Of a stretch of 64,000 nt of DNA, positions 11,386-22,271 are shown piece after piece. Where the stretch lies: the NCBI GenBank assembly GCA_950097015.1, contig CATNEN010000039.1:1736001-1800000 (forward strand), written 5' to 3'. The translations under genes were made by a program, and so were the position numbers. The notes under the pieces are model-generated. The model worked only from the letters and a program-made list of their open reading frames with translations, did no database searches and was not told the DNA's origin. How positions within the stretch are numbered: position 1 is the first letter of the stretch; each line of letters starts with the position of its first letter. This stretch comes from Macrostomum hystrix. Its lineage: Eukaryota; Animalia; Platyhelminthes.

Positions 11386-12644
11386 AACTCCACAACTCTT
11401 ACGTTGTGAGCTTCCCTTAAGGTAGCGCTTTTGCACTGGCACGAGCGGTTTATCCTTCTAAGGCACTAGGTCTCTTATTCTCCAGTCTCAGCTGGGCGTT
11501 TCTCCAGGATCAGAGGGTCACAGCCTCAATCTTCGTCTTATCTCCACACTAGACAATATCTCCTTATTAAATAACACAACAAGTTCACTTATTCAAAGGG
11601 TGGTACTCAGTTGTTGCCTTTCTTGGCTCACTGGCCGGTTGTATTTCTAGTCACAAAATTTCTCACTTATATGGTGTTTTTTTAGATTTGTTTTAATACC
11701 GTATTTTACTAAAATAATATTTGTAATATAGGAGTATCTATCTACGCTCGTAAAGTGCTTGAGCAGATTATAATGCATCATCTATGTTCAGTGGTATTAG
11801 CTCAGTTGATTTCATCAAGCGGAGAGCCCTTGTTTGATATGTTAAAGTGCACAATACTGCTATTTCATTCAACTTGCCCCTAGGAGAGCTGCTAGTGATG
11901 TACTCTGCCTTCTGTTTAACTGCAAGCGAACATAGCTAGCGATATTGCAGTGTTCTGTACTTTACCGTGTCTGTCTTACCCCTCCAGCCTAGGTCAGCTG
12001 ATGCAAAATCGTCCTTGCATTCAAGGCCCAGTTGATTGAACTTGTACAGTCCCCTCTCGTGTCTGCCATTCCAGGGGTTTTGTCATGCCTAAAAATTGTA
12101 CACCTGGCTGCAAGGCATTATTGGCACGTATATTAATATGCATTACATTTTATGCGGCTGCAGCCATACACCACAGTCAGCTGTAGGGTTCAAATAAAGG
12201 TCAAATATGCGCTTGGGTGGGGCCACGGCTGGCCTGGCCTCTCTTTCTCTCCTTTCTCTCCGCCCCGTTCGCACTCCAGTGCAGGGTAGCTGCCGTCACT
12301 GGGGCAAGGCCAGGCCTGTGTTGGTAGAGAACTGATTGGATGAGAGCCGTGGGGGGTGTGTTGCCCCTGCGTGTGTATTCTATAATAGGGAAATGTCAGC
12401 CAGATGGCCTTTGCTGAGAGCTCTACTGCAATATTCTGAGCTTTTCCGTTTAACAATTGTCTCCATTTATCATCTTTTAGCCGCTTCGTGCGTGAAATTG
12501 CGAATAAATATAACAGCCTGTCGTGTCAGCTTTCCAAGTCGCCCTTCTCTGCCAGAGTTGTCGATTTTGTTGAGCACGAGACCAAGTCCAGGTGAGCTGG
12601 TACTTTTGCCTAATTCTGTAATTTGACTGATTCTGCTGGGAATA

Positions 12645-12858
12645 TAGCATGGGATTTTATTGAAATATAGCATGGGATTTTATTGAAATATAGCATGGGA
12701 TTTTATTGAAATATAGCATGGGATTTTATTGAAATATAGCATGGGATTTTATTGGAGTATGGCATGCGATTTTTTTGAAATATGGCTCGGGATTTTATTG
12801 AAATATGGCATGGGATTTTATTGAAATATGGCATGGGATTTTATTGGAGTATAGCATT
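12645..12858. repeat. 23-bp minisatellite (GAAATATAGCATGGGATTTTATT)
   Basis: About 9 units degenerating rightwards; follows a CAG|GTGAGC donor at ~12591, so possibly in an eEF2K 5'UTR intron. Confidence 0.9.
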
Positions 12859-12991
12859 AGGTTCTTGTGTTAAAGGGCATGGGTTTTTTTTGTGGAATAA
12901 GGCATGGGATTCTAATTAAATTGATTGTAAGATTCAAGTAGAAATACATGTTGAATTCTGAAGTTAACAGAGGATAATTATTGGAATACAT

Positions 12992-13275
12992 GGGGGGTCG
13001 GTGGCAGAGCGGTTATCGCATTTGCCTCTCGCACCTATCGCATGTCCCTAAGATCGGTTCCGCGGCGAGGCCACATTCATTTGGGGCGCAGCCGCGGAGA
13101 GAAGGCTTGGGGGCTTGTCGTGCAATTGACGCCGTTGAGGGCCAACCTCCAAGGCACAGTGAAGGTGTACACGGCCTGAGGAGTGTGAGCGTGTGCCTGA
13201 GTAGGGTATCTGTGTGCGTGTGTGCTCAGGAGTCAGCGAAATGGGCAGAATTGCCTCCTCGCTGGCTGCGGGTCA
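12992..13275 (+). mobile_element. tRNA-derived SINE, copy A (most complete)
   Basis: tRNA-like head GGGGTCGGTGGCAGAGCGGTTATCGC (A box TGGCAGAGCGG) and degenerate B-box region; body shared with copies at 3133 and 21666; 3' hairpin. Confidence 0.75.
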
Positions 13276-13574
13276 AGTGTCACCAAATGATGTGTCATTG
13301 TCCGCAGCCCTCCTGCAATGATTATTATTATTATGGAAATAGGGCATGGGATTTTAGCGTAACAGTTTCAGAGCAAACGACATTAAAGCAATTATTTTGA
13401 AGGCTCCTGCCTGGCATCTGATTCCAGGCCCACCCCAGAGCATCCAACCCGGTCGCCGCTAGTTGCCACTGCAGCTGCTGTCCCTCTATTCATGAGGCCA
13501 TCGCCTGCATTCCCAGCCCAGCAACTGCAACCCGCCTGTCACTCGAAGGTTCCTGTCGCAACCGCAGCCTCGAC

Positions 13575-16500
13575 ATGCCCTACATTGCCACCCAAGGCGC
13601 CGAGGAAGGCGACGACGATTCGGACTGCTCCATGCCCGAGCTGGCCTGCGACTTCTCCGTAGCCGATCTGGGCTGCGAGGCCGACAATGACGACGACACC
13701 ATCACCGACGAGGAGGCCGCCGCCGCTTTGAAGCGTCGACACTCCGGTCCGAGGCGGCTGTCACTTCAGCAGCGCCGCAGGCTGAATCTCTACAGCAAGC
13801 CGGCCGTGCTGCCCAGCCTCAACCTGACTGCCCAGCAGCAGCGGCCAATTGATTCGGCGGCTGGGAGGCAGCGGCAGAAGCCGAGGGATACGCCCACCAT
13901 CAGGGAGGAGGACTCGGGCTGCGGCTCGGTGGATGTGAGTGCTGCGGCGTGGATTCGGGTGCCAATGAAATGAGGATAATTCAGGCCATTCAATATGGGA
14001 TTCAATCATGGGATAACTGAATTCAGGATTCTGAATTTAGGACTTTTATAGAATCGTCATGTGAGGATTTTACAAAATTATAAAATAGGAATTTAGAACC
14101 TTCATTTGGGGATTTTGAATTTGGGATTTCAAATACGATCTTAAAGTGAATATTTTTGGATCTTAAAATCAGGGTTTTATGTAGGGATTTTGATAGGGAT
14201 ATTTAAGCTAGGATTTTGTCTGGCATTTTTAAATTGTGGATTTAAATTTGAATCGAAAAATTGGGATTCGGGATCGGATCTTAATAAAAGGGATTTTATG
14301 AGATCCTTAAGCTCGGTTTTTAGGGATCTTGAATTGGTGATTTTTGGGATCTTGAATTGGAGATTCTTGGGATCTTGAATTGGGGATTTTTGGGATCTTG
14401 AATTGGAGATTCTTGGGATCTTGAATTGGGGATTTTTGGGATCTTGAATTGGATATTCTTGGGATCTTGAATTGGGGATTTTTGGGATCTTGAATTGGGG
14501 ATTCTTGGGATCTTGAATTGGAGATTCTTGGGATCTTGAATTGGGGATTTTTGGGATCTTGAATTGGGGATTTTTGGGATCTTGAATTGGGGATTTTTGG
14601 GATCTTGAATTGGGGATTTTTGGGATCTTGAATTGGGGATTTTTGGGATCTTGAATTGGGGATTTTTGGGATCTTGAATTGGGGATTTTTGGGATCTTGA
14701 ATTGGAGATTCTTGGGATCTTGAATTGGTGGATTTTTGGGATCTTGAATTGGAGATTCTTGGGATCCTGAATTGGGGATTTTTAGGGATCTTGAATTGGT
14801 GATTTAAAAACGTCAATGCAGCGTATTGATAGTAAATGATTTTTGGGATCTGTTATAATTGATTTGATGCAGCTTGCTGTTGCAATATATATTGTTCGAT
14901 GAATGAACGACATAATTCCCTAGCAAATGTTAGGATTTGTGTGTCAGTGGCCTATAAGCTAGGGATTTGATCTCCGGAGAGCATTTAATTCGCATAATTG
15001 CCTTTACAGTCGAAATTTGGCACACTAGACCACTAACCTGTCAATTATAGCCCCACCAGCTACATACCCACACTGTGTACTGACAGTAGTGCGGCTTGCA
15101 AATTCTTATTAAAAGTAAGTGATGTTGTTACAGTCCTGCACCCCGTGTGCTGAGTTGTATACCTGCACCTGAGTGGCATATTGCTTAGTGAACTAGCTCC
15201 AGATGAGTGTGTTTCGTGTTTGTTTGTTTGTCTCAACTGCGTAATGTGCTGGTGATTCCTGTGCCATGTTGCTTAAAAACTGATAATTATTTCAATTAAC
15301 TTAATGTTACATAAGAACATGAGAGTATAAAATCAATTGGATGTCAGAGTGCGTACCGCAAGCTCAACCTTGTACACCTATAATACCACTAATTTCTCAG
15401 CAACCAATTCTTTATCCTCCCTAATCGGGCTATATTAGCAATCCATTCTTATCCTTTATCCATGGGATAGATTAGCAATCCATTCTTATCCTTTATCCAT
15501 GGGTTAGATTAGCAAACCATTCTTATCCTTTATCCATGGGTTAGATTAGCAAACCATTCTTATCCTTTATCCATGGGTTAGATTAGCAATCCATTCTAAT
15601 CCTTTATCCATGGGATAGATTAGCAATCCATTCTTATCCTTTATCCATGGGTTAGATTAGCAATCCATTCTAATCCTTCATCCATGGCATAGATTAGCAA
15701 TCCATTCTAATCCTTCATCCATGGCATAGATTAGCAATCCATTCTAATCCTTCATCCATGGCATAGATTAGCAATCCATTCTAATCCTTCATCCATGGCA
15801 TAGATTAGCAATCCATTCTAATCCTTCATCCATGGCATAGATTAGAAATCCATTCTAATCCTTCATCCATGGCATAGATTAGCAATCCATTCTAATCCTT
15901 CATCCATGGCATAGATTAGCAATCCATTCTTATCCTTCTCTTATGGCATAGATTAGCAATCCAAGTTACTCAAGCTAGTACACTACCCCACCCCAAGTCC
16001 CCTGAGGTCGCCAACAGCGGCTCAGCATCCAAGCGTGGCCGCACAGTTTCCGAGCCTCTAGACTCGCCTGATTCGGCCGCCACTGGCGCCGTTTCGCCAG
16101 CCGAGGGTGGAGGATCTGGGAGCGCTGTCCTCTCTGGCGGAGGAGTTCGTTATACCGGCGGTGGCGTCAGGAAGCCAGGCATTGCGGCCAGGATGAGGAC
16201 TGTGTCCGCCTCGCACACGGTACGTTGGGGTGTGGAGTTGGAGAAGCTGTTGGATATGTAGACTCAGGTGCTGGCTTGTACACCCAAGTTCAATCGCATA
16301 CGCTTAGATATAATTATGAACAATGTACCAATGCGAGCCTTTATCTACTCTGATTTACTATCGTGTACACCCAGGTGCTTTTGTGTACACCCAGGTGCTT
16401 TTGTGTACACCCAGGTGCTTTTGTGTACACCCAGGTGCTTTTGTGTACACCCAGGTGCTTTTGTGTACACCCAGGTGCTTTTGTGTACACCCAGGTGCTT

Positions 16501-19500
16501 TTGTATACACCCAGGGGCTATCGGGTACTCCCAGGTGCAATTATGTACACTCCATTGGTACCTCCAGGCCTCCGGCGGCACCTCCCGCTGGCCCCGGGCC
16601 CTGAACCTGGTGTTTCAAAACCTGAACAATGACGTCTGGCGCGACATGGCAGTGGCCAGCCTGCCTGAGGAGACGGCCATCAGGCATCGGTACAATGCGC
16701 ACAAGCGGCAGTGGATTCAGGACACCGTCAGGGTCAAGATGGAGCCCATGCCCTTCAACCGCGGCGCCATGCGCGAGTGCTTCAGGCTGAAGAAGCTGTC
16801 GGGCTTCAGCAAGTTCGAGAGCTGGCACAGCCGCGCCTGCAACTATGTGGCTAAGAAGTACATCGAGACAGTCGACCCAAGTGTGTACTTTGAGGATGCC
16901 CGACTGCAGATGAATGCCAAACTCTGGGCTCAGGAGTACAATAGGCATCATCCGCCTAAGAAGGTGCGGTATACATGGCAATCGACTGAGTTTCAGTTGC
17001 AACCTACCATAGTTTCAGTTGCAATCTACATAGTTTCAGTTGCAATCTACATAGTTTCAGTTGCAATCTACCATAGTTTCAGTTGCAACCTACATAGTTT
17101 CAGTTGCAATCTACATAGTTTCTGTTGCAACCTACATAGTTTCTGTTGCAATCTACATAGTTTCTGTTGCAATCTACATAGTTTCAGTTGCAATCTACAT
17201 AGTTTCAGTTGCAATCTACATAGTTTCAGTTGCAATCTACATAGTTTCAGTTGCAATCTACATAGTTTCAGTTGCAATCTACATAGTTTCAGTTGCAATC
17301 TACATAGTTTCTGTTGCAATCTACATAGTTTCAGTTGCAATCTACATAGTTTCTGTTGCAATCTACATAGTTTCTGTTGCAATCTACTTAGTTTCTGTTG
17401 CAATCTACATAGTTTCAGTTGCAATCTACCTAGTTTCAGGTGCAATCTACCATAGATCCGGTTGCAATCCACGTAGTTTTAGTTGCAATCTGCTTAGTTT
17501 TAGTTGCAATCTGCTTAGTTTCTGTTGCAATCCACATAGTTTTATGTGGATCTACCATCTCCACGCACAACTGCTCAGGTGGACATCATGCAGATGTATG
17601 TCATCGAGTTCAAAGACCGGGATGGGGCGCCCCTGTACCACCTCGAGCACCACATCGAAGGCGAGTACATCAAGCACAACAGCAACAGCGGCTTCGTAGA
17701 CGAGAACGCGCGAAGGACGCCTCACGCGCTGAGTCATTTCACGTTCGAGCGCAGCGGCCACCAGCTGATTGTCGTTGACATTCAAGGCGTTGACGACATC
17801 TACACAGATCCGCAGATTCACACGGCCGAAGGCAAGGAATACGGCGACGGCAATCTGGGCGTGCGCGGCATGGCCCTGTTCTTCTCCTCCCACGTCTGCA
17901 ATGACATCTGCCGCCGGCTGGGACTGTCCCGCTTCGACATGGCACCCAGCGAGTCCGTTGAGCCTCCGTCTCCTGTGAGACTCCTGCGGCTGAGATTCCT
18001 CACTGACCCCCACACTGACCCCCACACTGACCCCCACCTCACTAACCCCCACCTCACTGACCCCCTCACTGACCCCCACCTCACTGACCCCCACCTCACT
18101 GACCCCCACCTCACTGACCCCCACCACACTGACCCCCCCTCACTGACCCCCACCTCACTGACCCCCACCTCACTGACCCCCACCTCATTGACCCCACCTC
18201 ACTGACCCCCACATCACTGACTCTCACCTCACTGACCCCAAACTTACTGACCCCCACCGCACTGACCCCCACCTCACTGACCCCCACCTCATTGACCCAC
18301 CTCACTGACCCCCACCTCACTGACCCCAAACTTACTGACCCCCACCTCACTGACCCCCACCTCACTGACCCCCACCTCACTGACCCCAAACTTACTGACC
18401 CCCACCTCACTGACCCCCACCTCACTGACCCTCACCTCACTGACCCCAAACTTACTGACCCCCACCTCACTGACCCTCACCTCACTGACCCCCACCTCAC
18501 TGACCCTCACCTCACTGACCCCCACCTCACTGACCCCCACCTCACTGACCCTCACCTCACTGACCCCCACCTCACTGACCCTCACCTCACTGACCCCCAC
18601 CTCACTGACCCCAAACTTACTGACCCCCACCTCACCGACCCCCACCTCACTGACCCTCACCTCACTGACCCTCACCTCACTGACCCCCACCTCACTGACC
18701 CACCTCACTGACCCCCACCTCACTGACCCACCTCACTGACCCACGCTTCACTGACCCACGCTTCACTACCATTGTCCCATCCCGCCGTCTCCAGATGCAG
18801 ACAAACAGCGTCACCTGCGTGCGCAGCGAAGTGTTTGCCATCGGCAGTCCGATGTCGCCGCCCAGCTTCTTGGACTCCGGCTGCAGCACCGAGGACGACG
18901 ACGGCTGTGAATCCTCGCCTGGCGGCGGCAACAGCAGCGGCGGCGGCGGCCCGTTTGGCAGTCGGTTCCGACGTAGACGGACAACTTCGGGCGATGAGAT
19001 GACACCCGTGAGTCTCTCGGGAATATGTGAAGAGTAATTTATCTTTTCTGCATGCCTACTTTTCTATTTCTATTTTTTTGCCAGCTGACAGAGAATGACG
19101 AACTGAAATCAGTAAGACTGGGCTTCTTGGGGCTGTGGCTTGGCTCAATTACTTGCTTAGAACTAACGGTTGCAAATGTCAACAATTTAATTATGGTCCG
19201 AAACTATTTAACCCAAACTATATTAGCAGTCTCATATTACTGTTTGAAATATAACAGCTCAACTTCCTAACGTTTTGTTTTTCAATATATATATGAAACC
19301 CTTTCAATAAACATTTTGGTGCCAAGGCTTTCACTAACTTAAAAGTTTCAACACACTCAATTGCAACTGGTTGCTATCTGAACACAGTTGCAACTGGTTG
19401 CTATCTGAACACAATTGCAACTGGTTGCTATCTGAACACAATTGCAACAGGTTGCTATCTGAACACAGTTGCAACTGGTTGCTATCTGAACACAGTTGCA

Positions 19501-22138
19501 ACTGGTTGCTATCTGAACACAGTTGCAACTGGTTGCTATCTAAACACAGTTGCAATAAATTGTTTAACCAGCAATCCTGACTATTTGGGCGGTTCTCAAA
19601 ATGCTCAAATGTGTTTCTTTCCTTCTAGGAGGAGGAGGTGGCCGCGCTGTCCGCCGCGTTGAAGCGTCGCGAGCGGCCCTCCTGCGTGCCCGGCAGCCTG
19701 CTGCACTTCGGCTGCGACAGCGGCGTCTCTCCCGACTCCCCCGGCCTGGCTGCGGCGTTCATCCGCTCCCGCTCGGACGAAGACAGCGTCAGCGACACCG
19801 GCAGCTGCGGGCACCCGCGCCAGCCGCTGCCCGGCATGCCTGAAGTCCGCTGCGGCGGCCCCATCCTGGGCCGGATTCACCACGAGATGGCCAAGCTGCA
19901 CGATGCTGGCAGGATGGTTGCCTTGGCAAGCGGGCATGAGGATGCGGATAACGATGATAAGGTGATTTTCGGGGCTTTGGACCATTCCACTGAACCTGTG
20001 GGGCTTGAGGCCATTCCACTGAACCTGTGTGGATACCTGCCATTCCACTGAACCTGTGGGGCTTGAGGCCATTCCACTGAACCTGTAGGGCTTGAGGCCA
20101 TTCCACTGAACCTGTGTGGATATCAGCCATTCCACTGAACCTGTGTGGATATCAGCCATTCCACTGAACCTGTGTGGATAGCTGCCATTCCACTGAACCT
20201 GTGGGGCTTGAGGCCATTCCACTGAACCTGTGTGGATATCAGCCATTCCACTGAACCTGTGTGGATATCAGCCATTCCACTGAACCTGTGTGGATATTAG
20301 CCATTCCACTGAACCTGTGTGGATAGCAGCCATTCCACTGAACCTGTGTGGATATCAGCCATTCCACTGAACCTGTGTGGATAGCAGCCATTCCACTGAA
20401 CCTGTGTGGATAGCAGCCATTCCACTGAACCTGTGTGGATAGCAGCCATTCCACTGAACCTGTGTGGATATCAGCCATTCCACTGAACCTGTGTGGATAC
20501 CTGCCATTCCACTGAACCTGTGTGGATAGCAGTCATTCCACTGAACCTGTGTGGATATCAGCCATTCCACTGAACCTGTGTGGATATCAGCCATTCCACT
20601 GAACCTGTGTGGATATTAGCCATTCCACTGAACCTGTGTGGATATCAGCCATTCCACTGAACCTGTGTGGATAGCAGCCATTCCACTGAACCTGTGTGGA
20701 TAGCAGCCATTCCACTGAACCTGTGTGGATAGCAGCCATTCCACTGAACCTGTGTGGATATCAGCCATTCCACTGAACCTGTGTGGATAGCAGCCATTCC
20801 ACTGAACCTGTGTGGATATCAGCCATTCCACTGAACCTGTGTGGATAGCAGCCATTCCACTGAACCTGTGTGGATATCAGCCATTCCACTGAACCTGTGT
20901 GGATATCAGCCATTCCACTGAACCTGTGTGGATACCTGCCATTCCACTGAACCTGTGTGGATAGCAGTCATTCCACTGAACCTGTGTGGATATCAGCCAT
21001 TCCACTGAACCTGTGTGGATATCAGCCATTCCACTGAACCTGTGTGGATATCAGCCATTCCACTGAACCTGTGTGGATAGCAGCCATTCCACTGAACCTG
21101 TGTGGATATCAGCCATTCCACTGAACCTGTGTGGATATCAGCCATTCCACTGAACCTGTGTGGATATCAGCCATTCCACTGAACCTGTGTGGATATCAGC
21201 CATTCCACTGAACCTGTGTGGATATCAGCCATTCCACTGAACCTGTGTGGATAGCAGCCATACCTCTGATAAGCAATAGTGCACCATTTGCCCCAATCGC
21301 CATTTGCCCGCAGGTGGTTGGCGAAGCTGCCCCGCCAGGCCAGCTGGAGTCGATGATTGACTGGTCGGCTGCGCTGTTTCACGAGCGCCTGGCCGCCAAG
21401 CTGGGGGTTGTGGAGGCGGCCGTCAACCTGGCCCGGCTGCACCTGGGGCTGCCGTCCGACTGTCTGCAGGCGGCGCCAAGGGACATTGTGCAGCCGAGCG
21501 CCGGCGAAGGCCACCGTTGGATGGAGGCGGCTGCGCGGCTTGGCGACAGATCGGCCATGCTCTACTTGGCCAGGGCTCACGATACCGGAGACACGGAGGG
21601 CCTGGCCAGGGACTGGGACAGGTAGGCAGCTGCTCAGGTTGCATTGCCTGCTCTATTCTTAAATTACATTTGGGGCGCAGCTGCGGAGAGAAAACTTGTC
21701 GGCTTGTCGTGCAATTGACGCCCTTGAGGGCCAACCTCCAAGGCACAGCGAAGTGTACACTGCCTGACGATGAGAAAGTCTGTGCAGATGTACACACCTG
21801 TGTGACATGCACTATGATGTCCTATTGATTTGTAATTTATCGTGACATCGCTCTGACACAACAGGGCGGCCCATTACTACCAGCGCGCGCTGGCAAGCAG
21901 CGGCCAGACTGACCGCGAAGGCGGCTACGACAGTCTGGACACGCCTGCCTACCTGCTGCGGGCTCGCCTGGCCGAGCTCTACCTGCGCGGCGGCCACGGC
22001 CTTGAAGCGGATCCGGCTTCGAGCGCAGAGATCTACGGCGAGGCTGCCGAGGAGGCCATGGCGAAGGGCAACGGCAAGCTGGCCTCCAAATACTATGCCC
22101 TAGCCGAGGAGGCCGCAGCTCTGGTACCGGAGCAGTGA
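13575..22138 (+). CDS. EEF2K: Eukaryotic elongation factor 2 kinase, ~833 aa; exons 13575-13934, 15998-16219, 16568-16963, 17579-17974, 18795-19007, 19629-19961, 21314-21621, 21865-22138
   Basis: Alpha-kinase motifs (RGAMRECF, NYVAKKY, YIKHNSNSG, HFTFERSGHQLIVVDIQGV, TDPQIH, GDGNLG, HxCxxxC); SEL1-like C-terminal region ending AAEEAMAKGNGKLASKYY; all junction phases are consistent. Exons 1-2 are less certain (exon 2 uses an AAG acceptor). Confidence 0.93.
14322..14803. repeat. 23-bp minisatellite (GGGATCTTGAATTGGGGATTTTT), eEF2K intron 1
   Basis: Tandem units; degenerate GGATTT-rich precursors from ~14020. Confidence 0.95.
15427..15962 (+). repeat. 37-bp minisatellite (TTAGCAATCCATTCTAATCCTTCATCCATGGCATAGA), eEF2K intron 1
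   Basis: About 14 units; same family as 40615-42706 in the opposite orientation. Confidence 0.96.
16363..16537. repeat. 20-bp minisatellite (GTGTACACCCAGGTGCTTTT), eEF2K intron 2
   Basis: About 7 perfect units plus degenerate ones. Confidence 0.95.
16989..17545. repeat. 21-bp minisatellite (AGTTTCAGTTGCAATCTACAT), eEF2K intron 3
   Basis: Fills nearly the whole intron. Confidence 0.96.
17998..18768. repeat. 15-bp minisatellite (CACTGACCCCCACCT), eEF2K intron 4
   Basis: Fills nearly the whole intron. Confidence 0.96.
19358..19555. repeat. 27-bp minisatellite (GTTGCAACTGGTTGCTATCTGAACACA), eEF2K intron 5
   Basis: About 7 units. Confidence 0.95.
19981..21261. repeat. 29-bp minisatellite (CCATTCCACTGAACCTGTGTGGATATCAG), eEF2K intron 6
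   Basis: About 44 units, filling nearly the whole intron. Confidence 0.97.
21666..21812 (+). mobile_element. SINE copy C (central body), eEF2K intron 7
   Basis: CATTTGGGGCGCAGC…GGCTTGTCGTGCAATTGACGCC…GAGGGCCAACCTCCAAGGCACAG matches 13078-13160. Confidence 0.8.
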
Positions 22139-22271
22139 GGCTTTTTGTGAGTTTGTCGTCATGAGGTTCACGGATTTTCTAGACTCACAGAGTCCAAAGC
22201 CTTCGAGGAACATTGAGCATTCTTTAACCACCGATTAACCACGGAAATCTGAAAATTCAAGAAAATTCCTG

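Noticed and set aside
12992-13075. Possible tRNA gene
   Set aside because: Acceptor and T arms do not pair properly, and it continues into a dispersed repeat body, so it is a SINE head.
13251-13275. GCCTCCTCGCTGGC, identical to the HDV ribozyme P3/L3 region
   Set aside because: No P1 or P2 partners in the required order; better explained as the 3' strand of the SINE hairpin.
21750-21797. CTGACGA…GAAA…GTC in the SINE body resembling a hammerhead ribozyme core
   Set aside because: There is no room for stems II and III (3 nt and 0 nt); the segment folds as a simple hairpin.
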